64,000 nucleotides of DNA from Amphiscolops sp. MND2022 (Eukaryota). This document shows, piece after piece, positions 40,038-51,678 of this stretch. A program made the translations under genes and the position numbers. Below the pieces are notes generated by a model, which saw only the letters and a list, made by a program, of their open reading frames with translations, searched no databases and was not told where the DNA came from. Position 1 is the stretch's first letter. The number at the start of each line of letters is the position of its first letter. The DNA lies in contig OZ076409.1 in NCBI GenBank assembly GCA_964187785.1, forward strand, positions 75,456,001 to 75,520,000, written 5' to 3'.

Positions 40038-41455
40038 GTGGTCGGGTATTTTTTTTACTCGTATATGACGTTTGCGAGGCTTTGGGGAGGGCCCCGTGCC
40101 GAGCCTGTACCGAAATTGGCCACATGTAGAAATCTGGCACTAAAATGCGAGATCTCAAAAAGTAGCCGTTAAAAATGTCTGAAAATTTGCATGTGGCTCT
40201 GAATCAATGAGTAATGAAAAAGTGTAGAAGTGACCATCTCTGAAAAAATGGTCCTTGTTGCACTTTTTGCGCAATTTTTGTCGCATTGTTGCGTTTTTTA
40301 TGTCATTTTCGACTTTGGAGGCAAAAAACTCATAGATGCTTTGTTCCTAGCGTACCAAGTGTGGAGCACGAAAAGTTGCAGCATCTTCAATTACGTATGC
40401 TGAGAAAATTTGGTTGCCCTCTGGTTACCCCCCACAGAGATAGAGGGGTGCTTCCGGTTACTTTTGACCCGCTAAGTTTGGGAAACTGCTAATTTTCGTA
40501 AAGAAGCCGTAGATTTAGCGTGTCCACCCCCTGCTGAAGTATTGTTAGTCATTTTAAGATAGATCCGATGACATGCGTTCAGTTCACCCCCATCACCCCC
40601 TGGACCGGAAATGCACTTATTTGTGTACTTTCAGACCGGAAGTCTCCATTTTCACCGGTATTAGGTCCTTGTATGAGCAACTAGCAGGACATCAAAGTTA
40701 AAGTACAAACTGGGGTTAACTTAGTGACCACGTGCTGTCCAGTCATGGGTTCCGCTATTACCGGAAATGGGTTCAAAACCCCCCTTTTGGTCTGTTTTTC
40801 ATCAATTTGACTAGTGTTTGGTCCACATTCAAGTCGCGCAAGGCAGTTGCAACAGTTTGAGCTCAAACTGCATGTTAACTGCGTAGATGTAACTGACAAT
40901 GTCAGATACCGGAAGTAACCCCCTGTGACCGGAAGTTGTCATTTTTGAGCGGAAGTGGTCCAAAAAGTAGAGTAAATGCAGTTTTTCACTGCTTTTTAAG
41001 GCAAAGTTATTACTTTTTTCTATTAAAGTTATTACCTTTTTCTATCTTATTGTTTTTTCCTACTCACAAAACTCACATTGTAGCTTGTTTGGGTAAATTC
41101 TGGAAAATCATTACCTTTATCACCCCAGATAGCCTTCCAAGTTGACCTTGGGTCAATCTTGAAGGCTATCTGTTCTGAAAACGAAAAATAGTGGAAATTG
41201 GGTTTCTCGTTTCTCGTTGTTATTTTTTCCATAAAGTTAATTTGTTAAATAAGGCTTTTGTTCAATTGAGTGATCTGAAATTTGTCCAGAGGTGTCACAC
41301 AGACGAATACCATTTCAAGTTGAAGTAAACATATGATGGTAATATTAGACAACATCACACACACTTACCAACGCCCACCGTCCGTGGGCATGCCGAGGCA
41401 TGCCCTTCGACGACGTATGCCAAATAGCGCCACAGGGCGCCCACACTTTTGCTAG
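40038..41455 (+). mobile_element. Cassette type E (1418 bp)
   Basis: Starts GTGGTCGGGTATTT, GATAGCC palindrome 41128-41170, tail GCGCCACAGGGCGC...CTAG. Confidence 0.75.
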
Positions 41456-42732
41456 GTGGCCGGAAATTTTTTTTTCATCAAAATCTTTGCCATTGGGGGA
41501 GGGGCCCCGGATGGCCAGTAGTTCGGCTTGGCTACCTGCAAAATCAGGTACAAAAAAAACACGATCTCAAAATTGGCCCGTCAGAATTCGCTCATTTTTT
41601 GCATGCGGCCCTAGAATCAATATATAAGAACAAAGTCCTGCTGACGTTTTGCCGAAAAAACATTTTTTGTTGACCAAAAATAACATTTTTCATGCCAAAA
41701 TGACCGTTTTTTCACATTTTTCAACTTTGAGAGCTCATATCTCGTTCCCAGGTACCCGGAGCGGTTCGCACGTGAACGGCAATATTGCTCAGCGTTGTTA
41801 ACGGAGTGCGTGGACAAATTTTGGTCCAAATTGGACTTAAACTCGGGGAGATATAAGCGGATTTTTGGGGGTTTCCGGGGTAAATTTTTTAACGGTCCAG
41901 CTTATCTTTGCCATTTTTTGGAAAATGTACTCGCCTAAAGGCCTCCCCCTGGCCGAATTTACTCCCAGCAAAACCATTTGGCCCTAAATACGGAGTTTCA
42001 GCGTTCTAGCATTTCCGGGCGAAAAGTTGTGGGACTTAGAAAAAATTCAAAATTTTTCAAAAATTTTTTTTTCGTTTTCCGGCCCCCCAATGAAGGGGAA
42101 CGACCCCCCAACTAGGATTTTTGGTGAATCCATGCGAAAAGGTCTTGTTTAGTGGAGAAAAATGCCGTTTAGAGCGACTTTTTATCTTAACTTGACGTTG
42201 ACTTATGTCGTTTTGAATTTGATATTAGTATGTGTTGAGCATGTGAAAAGTTGAACATTTCAGTTGTTCTTTCGTGTTAGCCATTGAGATACAAGCTGTA
42301 GTGATCAAATTGTGATTTTTTGCAGTTTCGTGGTGCTTTTGGTGTATTTTGATTCTTTTGATAAAAAGTTGTTCTTTATATATTGACAATTTTGGTGTAT
42401 TGATTCAAATGAACATGAAACAGTTGAGTACATTTCATCTCCCTCTTGGGGGAGATGAGAATGTACTCGCTAAAGTCCTAGTACTATGACCCATTTTTGT
42501 TTTTATCAGACGCAGATACTGCCAACGGATACTTTTTGCTGGTGCAACTTTCCTGTGCACAATGTCTTTAGAAGCTAGAAAACTCTATGTCTCTAGCTTA
42601 CTTCTCCTACAAATTCGTCACCAACGTCAACGCCACACACTCTCACTAACGCCCACCGTCTGTGGGCATGCCGAGGCATGCCCTTCGACGACGTATGCCA
42701 AATAGCGCCACAGGGCGCCCAATTTTGTCTAG
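41456..42732 (+). mobile_element. Cassette type A3, mosaic (1277 bp)
   Basis: A3 head, A2-variant-like middle, ends TTTTGTCTAG. Confidence 0.75.
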
Positions 42733-44013
42733 GTGGCCGTGTCTTTTCGACGTGCTTTTGCATCGAGGAGTGGGTAGGGCCCCGCGACGACCTAGAAGAA
42801 TTGGATGCTCACCGAAACGTGCAGAATTCTACGAGATCTCATAGTTTGAGCCATACGATTTTTCTGAAACTTGGCATGTGGCCTGGAATTGGTGAGTAGG
42901 TAAAACGTGTAGGAGGTAATTTTTCCCAAATTCCATTGTGAGAGGAGATATGGGCAAATAACGGACCCAAAAATGGGGAAAATGCACTTTTTTCAAGTTT
43001 GTCAGCCAATATCTCATTTCCACGTGCCCGTAGCGTTCCGCACGTGGACATCAATATTGCTCAGCGCTGTTGGAGGAGTGCGTGGACAAATTTTGGTTTA
43101 AATCGGACTTAAACTTGACGAGAAATTAACGGTTTTTTGGGCGTTTCCGGGGTAAATTTTTTAACGGTCCAGCTTATCTTTGCCATTTTTTCGAAAATGT
43201 ACATGCCTAAAGGCCTCCCCCTGGCCGAATTTACTCCCAGCAAACCCATTTGGCCCTAAATACGGAGTTTCAGCGTTCCAGCATTCCGGGGCGGAAAGTT
43301 GTGGGACTTGGAAAAATTTCAAAATTTTTTCAAAATTTTTTTTCCCGTTTTCCGGGCCCCCAATGAAGGGGAACGACCCCCCAACCAGTATTTTGAGTGA
43401 ATTCATGTGGAACGCCCATGTTTGGAGGAGAAAAATGCCGTTTAGCACATCTTTTTATCTTAACTTGACATTGACTTATGACGTTTTGAATGTGATGTTA
43501 GGATATATGAAGCATGTTAAAAGTTGAAGTTTTGAGTCTTTATCTCATCGGAAAACCATTGAGATACAAGCAGTTTTGCTAAAAACGATTTTCATTGTAG
43601 GTTAGCACAGTATTAGTACACTTTGATGTCATTTGAGTATTTTTTTCTTCTATATAATAACTGTTTTTATGTATTTATTCCAATTTATCTCATCTTTTAA
43701 CATCAAGCAGTTGAGTACATTTCATCTCCCTTTCGGGGGAGATGAGAATGTACTCGCTAAAAACCTAATGCTATGGCGCCAATGTTTGGATGGGAAGTTT
43801 TCTATGCTTTGAAAAAAGTTATTTTTAATTACTTGATTTTTTAAAACAATAATTAACATGAAGTACATTACTTGCTCCTACTACTACCACCATACATCTC
43901 TAACGTCAACGCCCCCTGCTTGCATCAACGCCCCATCGTCCGTGGGCATGCCGAGGCATGCCCTTCGACGACGTATGCCAAATGCCCAGTGCCACGCAGT
44001 CTTTCCCCGCTAG
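42733..44013 (+). mobile_element. Cassette type A2 variant (1281 bp)
   Basis: Close to 21746-23030; ends TTTCCCCGCTAG. Confidence 0.75.
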
Positions 44014-45281
44014 GTGGCCGTGTCTTTTCGACCTGCTTTTGCCTTGAGGAGTGGGTAGGGCCCCGCGACGACCTAGAAGAATTGGATGCTCACCGAAACG
44101 TGCAGAATTCTACGAGATCTCATAGTTTGAGCCATACGATTTTGCTGAAATTTGGCATGTGGCCTGGAATTGGTGAGTAGGTAAAACGTGTAGGAGGTGA
44201 TTTTTCCCAAATTCCACTGTGAGACGAGATATGGGCAAATAACGGTCCCAAAAATGGCAAAAATGCACTTTTTTCAACTTTGTCAGCCCATATCTCGTTC
44301 CCAGGTGCCCGGAGCGGGACGCGTTAAGCTGATTATAAACTCTAGGGTGTTGAGGCTGTACGGGGAAGTCAGGCCCGTTCCGATCGGACTTGTAGTCTTG
44401 GAGAAATAACGGTATTTTTGAGGAACCTTTTCTAACGGTCCAGCTTATCTTTGCCATTTTTTCGAAAATGTACTCACCTAAAGGCCTCCCCTGGCCGAAT
44501 TTACTCCCAGCAAAACCATTTGGCCCTAAATACGGAGTTTCAGCGTTCCAGCATTCCCGGGCGAAAAGTTGTGGGACTTGGAAAATTTTCAAAAATTTTC
44601 AAAAAAATTTTTTTTCGTTTTCCGGGCCCCCAATGAAGGGGAAACGACCCCCCAACCAGTAATTTGAGTGAATTCACGTGGAAAGCCCTTGTTTTGACGA
44701 GAAAAATACCGTTTAGAACATCTTTTTATCTTGACTCAACGTTGACTTATGACGTTTTGAATGTGATGTAAGGATGTAGGAGGCATGTGATAAGTTGATG
44801 TTTTGAGTCTTTATCTCATATGAAAGCGGTTGAGATGCAAGCTGTCCTGCTCAAAACGTCTCTCGTTGTAATTTTCCAGTGCACCAATACCCTTTGGTGT
44901 CATATAAACATACTTTTTGTCGATATATTAACAATTTTAATGTATTTATTCCAATTTTTATTATCTTATAACTCAAAACAGTTGAGTACATTTCATCTCC
45001 CTTTCGGGGGAGATGAGAATGTACTCGCTAAAGACCTAGCGCCATGACCAAAAGTTTGAAACCCACGTTTTTTATCTTCTTACAGACTTGTTTTTGTATT
45101 TTTTCGGAATTTTTTAAAAATTAATATACTTGAAATACATTACTTGACTTTACTACTACAACCCACCTCCAACGACAACGCCCCCCTGCTTGCATCAACG
45201 CCCACCGTCCGTGGGCATGCCGAGGCATGCCCTTCGACGACGTATGCCAAATGCCCAGTGCCACGCAGTCATTATCGCTAG
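44014..45281 (+). mobile_element. Cassette type A2 (1268 bp)
   Basis: Starts GTGGCCGTGTC, ends CATTATCGCTAG. Confidence 0.75.
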
Positions 45282-46550
45282 GTGGCCGTGTCTTTTCGAC
45301 GTGCTTTTGCATTGAGGAGTGGGTAGGGCCCCGCGACGACCTAGAAGAATTGGATGCTCACCGAAACGTGCAGAATTCTACGAGATCTCATAGTTTGAGC
45401 CATACGATTTTTCTGAAATTTGGCATGTGGCCTGGAATTGGTGAGTAGGTAAAACGTGTAGGAGGTGATTTTTCCCAAATTCCACTGTGAGACGAGATAT
45501 GGGCAAATAACGGTCCCAAAAATGGCAAAAATGCACTTTTTTCAACTTTGTCAGCCCATATCTCGTTCCCAGGTGCCCGGAGCGGGACGCGTTAAGCTGA
45601 TTATAAACTCTAGGGTGTTGAGGCTGTACGGTGAACTTGGGCCCGTTCCGATCGGACTTGTAGTCTTGGAGAAATAACGGTATTTTTGGGGAACCTTTTC
45701 TAACGGTCCAGCTTATCTTTGCCATTTTTTCGAAAATGTACTCGCCTAAAGGCCTCCCCCTGGCCGAATTTACTCCCAGCAAAACCATTTGGCCCTAAAT
45801 ACGGAGTTTCAGCGTTCCAGCATTCCCGGGCGAAAAGTTCTGGGACTTGGAAAATTTTCAAAAATTTTCAAAAATTTTTTTTTTCGTTTTCCGGGCCCCC
45901 AATGAAGGGGAAACGACCCCCCAACCAGTATTTTGAGTTAATTCATGTGGAAAGCCCTTGTTTTGACGAGAAAAATACCGTTTAGAACATCTTTTTATCT
46001 TGACTCAACGTTGACTTATGACGTTTTGAATGTGATGTAAGGATGTAGGAGGCATGTGATAAGTTGATGTTTTGAGTCTTTATCTCATATGAAAGCGGTT
46101 GAGATGCAAGCTGTCCTGCTCAAAACGTCTTTCGTTGTAATTTTCCAGTGCACCAATACCCTTTGGTGTCATATAAACATACTTTTTGTCGATATATTAA
46201 CAATTTTAATGTATTTATTCCAATTTTTATTATCTTATAACTCAAAACAGTTGAGTACATTTCATCTCCCTTTCGGGGGAGATGAGAATGTACTCGCTAA
46301 AGACCTAGCGCCATGACCAAAAGTTTGAAACCCACGTTTTTTATCTTCTTACAGACTTGTTTTTGTATTTTTTCGGAATTTTTTAAAAATTAATATACTT
46401 GAAATACATTACTTGACTTTACTACTACAACCCACCTCCAACGACAACGCCCCCCTGCTTGCATCAACGCCCACCGTCCGTGGGCATGCCGAGGCATGCC
46501 CTTCGACGACGTATGCCAAATGCCCAGTGCCACGCAGTCATTATCGCTAG
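45282..46550 (+). mobile_element. Cassette type A2 (1269 bp)
   Basis: Starts GTGGCCGTGTC, ends CATTATCGCTAG. Confidence 0.75.
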
Positions 46551-47818
46551 GTGGCCGTGTCTTTTCGACGTGCTTTTGCATTGAGGAGTGGGTAGGGCCC
46601 CGCGACGACCTAGAAGAATTGGATGCTCACCGAAACGTGCAGAATTCTACGAGATCTCATAGTTTGAGCCATACGATTTTGCTGAAATTTGGCATGTGGC
46701 CTGGAATTGGTGAGTAGGTAAAACGTGTAGGAGGTGATTTTTCCCAAATTCCACTGTGAGACGAGATATGGGCAAATAACGGTCCCAAAAATGGCAAAAA
46801 TGCACTTTTTTCAACTTTGTCAGCCCATATCTCTTTTCCAGGTGCCCGGAGCGGGACGCGTTAAGCTGATTATAAACTCTAGGGTGTTGAGGCTGTACGG
46901 GGAAGTCAGGCCCGTTCCGATCGGACTTGTAGTCTTGGAGAAATAACGGTATTTTTGGGGAACCTTTTCTAACGGTCCAGCTTATCTTTGCCATTTTTTC
47001 GAAAATGTACTCGCCTAAAGGCCTCCCCCTGGCCGAATTTACTCCCAGCAAAACCATTTGGCCCTAAATACGGAGTTTCAGCGTTCCAGCATTCCCGGGC
47101 GAAAAGTTGTGGGACTTGGAAAAATTCAAAAATTTTCAAAAATTTTTTTTTTCGTTTTCCGGGCCCCCAATGAAGGGGAAACGACCCCCCAACCAGTATT
47201 TTGAGTGAATTCATGTGGAAAGCCCTTGTTTTGACGAGAAAAATACCGTTTAGAACATCTTTTTATCTTGACTCAACGTTGACTTATGACGTTTTGAATG
47301 TGATTGAAGGATGTAGGAGGCATGTGATAAGTTGATGTTTTGAGTCTTTATCTCATATGAAAGCGGTTGAGATGCAAGCTGTCCTGCTCAAAACGTCTTT
47401 CGTTGTAATTTTCCAGTGCACCAATACCCTTTGGTGTCATATAAACATACTTTTTGTCGATATATTAACAATTTTAATGTATTTATTCCAATTTTTATTA
47501 TCTTATAACTCAAAACAGTTGAGTACATTTCATCTCCCTTTCGGGGGAGATGAGAATGTACTCGCTAAAGACCTAGCGCCATGACCAAAAGTTTGAAACC
47601 CACGTTTTTTATCTTCTTACAGACTTGTTTTTGTATTTTTTCGGAATTTTTTAAAAATTAATATACTTGAAATACATTACTTGACTTTACTACTACAACC
47701 CACCTCCAACGACAACGCCCCCCTGCTTGCATCAACGCCCACCGTCCGTGGGCATGCCGAGGCATGCCCTTCGACGACGTATGCCAAATGCCCAGTGCCA
47801 CGCAGTCATTATCGCTAG
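46551..47818 (+). mobile_element. Cassette type A2 (1268 bp)
   Basis: Starts GTGGCCGTGTC, ends CATTATCGCTAG. Confidence 0.75.
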
Positions 47819-49104
47819 GTGCCGGGATTTTCTATTCGACAAGTTTGCGCGCCTTGGGGAGGGTCCCTTTGCGCGCTTTAAGATCCAGGTGTTTCCAACT
47901 CCTAAACGGGCATGTGATTTCGACGATCTCCTAAACTAGCCATACGATTTGGCTGAAATTTGGCACACGTACCCCCCTCGGCACGGTGAAGATGATTCCC
48001 TACTGACGTTTTGCTCGCTAAACATTTTTTGTTGACCAAAATAACGGTTTTTGGGGTAAAATTTTCAACTTTTTTTAAATTTCATCCTATATCTCGTCAC
48101 GGGTTTACGCTAGCGCTTCCAAATCTTGCTGACGAAAGTTTGCAAACTGTCTCAGGAATGCGGTGTGAAATTTTCAGCTCAATCGGACTCAAACTCGGGG
48201 AGATATAGCGTTTTTCCGGAGCGGGGGGGTTTCATTTTTCTAACGGTCCAGCTTATCTTTGCCATTTTTTCGAAAATGCACTCGCCTAAAGGCCTCCCCT
48301 GGCCGGTTTTATTCCCAGCAAAACCATTTGGCCCTAAATACGGAGTTTCAGCGTTCCAGCATTCCCGGGCGAAAAGTTGTGGGACTTAGAAAATTTCAAA
48401 AATTTTCAAAAATTTTTTTCAGTTGTTTGGGCCCCCAAAGTGGGGGAAAAGACCCCCCAACCAGTAAAGCAAGTGAATGCATGTGCAAAGCCCTTGTTTA
48501 GAGGAGAAAAATGCCGTTTAGAACGTCTTTTTATCTTGGCTCAACGTTGACTTATGACGTTTTGAAGGTGATGTTTGGAGGTGTAAAGCACGTGAATAGT
48601 AAACGTTATGAGTATTTATCTGATCTGAAAGCCATTGAGATGCAATATGGTTTGCTCAAAACGTAATTCATTGCAGTTTGGCAATCAATCAACACCCTTT
48701 GTTGTCGTTTGACATACTTTTTTGTTGTTATAACAAAAAATTTTGTGTATTTATTCATTTTTTTCTCTTCAAATAGCTTGAAACAGTTGAGTACATTCCA
48801 TCCCCCCCTTCCGGGGGAGATGAGAATGTACTCGCAAAAAGCACCGAACTACGGCCCTTACCTTCCCGAGCTACGCAGTATAAGGATTACATATTGGTTC
48901 CGACATTTTCATAGAGTTAAATCTTGGTAATCTGTCTGGATATGCAGAAAAATCAGCACGTGCCTTTCAATACCAAGTTGCTTACAACGACAATTATTTT
49001 ATATCAACGCCCCCATATTTATCAACGCCCCCCGTCCGTGGGCATGCCGAGGCATGCCCTTCGACGACGTATACCAAGATATACATAAGCGCGGTAGCCG
49101 CTAG
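47819..49104 (+). mobile_element. Cassette type A1 variant (1286 bp)
   Basis: Starts GTGCCGGGATT, ends GGTAGCCGCTAG. Confidence 0.75.
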
Positions 49105-50390
49105 GTGCCGGGATTTCTATTCGATAAAGTATGTGGCGCGTGTGGGTAGGGTCCCTGGCGCGCTCTTGGGTATGGTGTTCACCAGCTAGGAAATAGGGGT
49201 CGATTTTTCGGGATCTCCTAAATTAGCCACACGATTTGGCTGAAATTTGGCACACGTACCCCCCTCGGCACGGTGAAGATGATTTCCTACTGACGTTTTT
49301 CCCGCAAAATTTTTTTTGTTGTCCAAAATAACGGTTTTTGGGGTAAAATTTTGAATTTTTTTTAAATTTCATCTTATATCTCGCCACGGGTTTACGCTAG
49401 CGCTTCAAAACCCTGCTAAAGAAAGCTTGCAAACTGTCTCAGGAATGCGGTGTGAAATTTTCAGCTCCATCGGACTCAAACTCAGGGAGATATAGCGTTT
49501 TTCCGGAGCGGGGGGGTTTCATTTTTCTAACGGTCCAGCTTATCTTAGTCATTTTTTCGAAAATGTAATCGCCTAAAGGCCTCCCCTGGCCGGTTTTATT
49601 CCCAGCAAAACCATTTGGCCCTAAATACGGAGTTTCAGCGTTCTAGCATTCCCGGGCGAAAAGTTGTGGGACTTAGAAAATTTCAAAAATTTTCAAAAAA
49701 TTTTTTTCCGTTTTCCGCCCTCCCCCCCTAGGGGAAAAGACCCCCCAACCAGTAATTTGAGTGAATTCATGTGGAAAGGCCATGTTTAGAGGAGAAAAAT
49801 TTCGTTTAAATCGTCTTTTTATCTTTATTCAACGTTGACTTATGACGTTTTGAAGGTGATGTTTGGAGGTGTGAAGCACGTGAAAAGTAAACGTTATGAG
49901 TATTTATCTGATCTGAAAGCCATTGAGATGCAACCTGTTTTGCTCAAAACGTAATTCATATCAGTTTGGTAGTCAATCAACACCCTTTGTTGTCATTTGA
50001 CATCTTTTTTTGTTGATATAAGAAAAAATTTCGTGTATTTATTCATTTTTTTCTCATCAAATAACTTGAAACAGTTGAGTACATTCCATCCCCCCTTCAC
50101 GGGGGAGATGAGAATGTACTCGCAAAAAGCTCCGAACTACGGCCCTTACCTTCCTGAGCTACGCAGTATAAAGATTGCATATTGGTTCCGACATTTTGAT
50201 AGAGTTATATCTTGGTAATCTGTCTGGGTATGCAGAAAAACCAGCACGTGCTTTTTTATACCAAGTTGCTCACAACGACATTTATTTTATATCAACGCCC
50301 CCATATTTATCAACGCCCCCCGTCCGTGGGCATGCCGAGGCATGCCCTTCGACGACGTATACCAAAATATGTTCGAGCGCGTTAGCCTAG
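49105..50390 (+). mobile_element. Cassette type A1 (1286 bp)
   Basis: Starts GTGCCGGGATT, ends GTTAGCCTAG. Confidence 0.75.
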
Positions 50391-51678
50391 GTGCCGGGAT
50401 TTCTATTCGATAAAGTATGTGGCGCGCCTTGGGTAGGGTCCCTTGCGCGCTCTTGGGTATGGTGTTCACCAGCTAGGAAACAGGGGTCGATTTTTCGGGA
50501 TCTCCTAAACTAGCCACACGATTTGGCTGAAATTTGGCACACGTACTCCCCTCGGCACGGTGAAGATGATTTCCTACTGACGTTTTTCCCGCAAAATTTT
50601 TTTTGTTGTCCAAAATAACGGTTTTTGGGGTAAAATTTTCAACTTTTTTAAAATTTCATCTTATATCTCGCCACGGGTTTACGCTAGCGCTTCAAAACCC
50701 TGCTAAAGAAAGCTTGCAAACTGTCTCAGGAATGCGGTGTGAAATTTTCAGCTCAATCGGACTTAAACTCAGGGAGATATAGCGTTTTTCCGGAGCGGGG
50801 GGGTTTCATTTTTCTAACGGTCCAGCTTATCTTAGCCATTTTTTCGAAAATGTACTCGCCTAAAGACCTCCCCTGGCTGGTTTTATTCCCAGCAAAACCA
50901 TTTGGCCCTAAATACGGAGTTTCAGCGTTCCAGCATTCCCGGGCGAAAAGTTGTGGGACTTAGAAAATTTCAAAAATTTTCAAAAATTTTTTTTTCGGTT
51001 TTCCGCCCTCCCCCCCGAGGGGAAAAGACCCCCCAACCAGTAATTTGAGTGAATTCATGTGGAAAGGCCATGTTTAGAGGAGAAAAATCCCGTTTAAATC
51101 GTCTTTTTATCTTTATTCAACGTTGACTTATGACGTTTTGAAGGTGATGTTTGGAGGTGTAAAGCACGTGAAAAGTAAACGTTATGAGTATTTATCTGAT
51201 CTGAAAGCCATTGAGATGCAACCTGTTTTGCTCAAAACGTAATTCATATCAGTTTGGTAGTCAATCAACACCCTTTGTTGTCATTTGACATCTTTTTTTG
51301 TTGATATAAGAAAAAATTTCGTGTATTTATTCATTTTTTTCTCATCAAATAACTTGAAACAGTTGAGTACATTCCATCCCCCCTTCACGGGGGAGATGAG
51401 AATGTACTCGCAAAAAGCCCCGAACTACGGCCCTTACCTTCCTGAGCTACGCAGTATAAAGATTGCATATTGGTTCCGACATTTTGATAGAGTTATATCT
51501 TGGTAATCTGTCTGGGTATGCAGAAAAACCAGCACGTGCTTTTTTATACCAAGTTGCTCACAACGACATTTATTTTATATCAACGCCCCCATATTTATCA
51601 ACGCCCCCCGTCCGTGGGCATGCCGAGGCATGCCCTTCGACGACGTATACCAAGATATGTTCGAGCGCGTTAGCCTAG
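50391..51678 (+). mobile_element. Cassette type A1 (1288 bp)
   Basis: Starts GTGCCGGGATT, ends GTTAGCCTAG. Confidence 0.75.
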
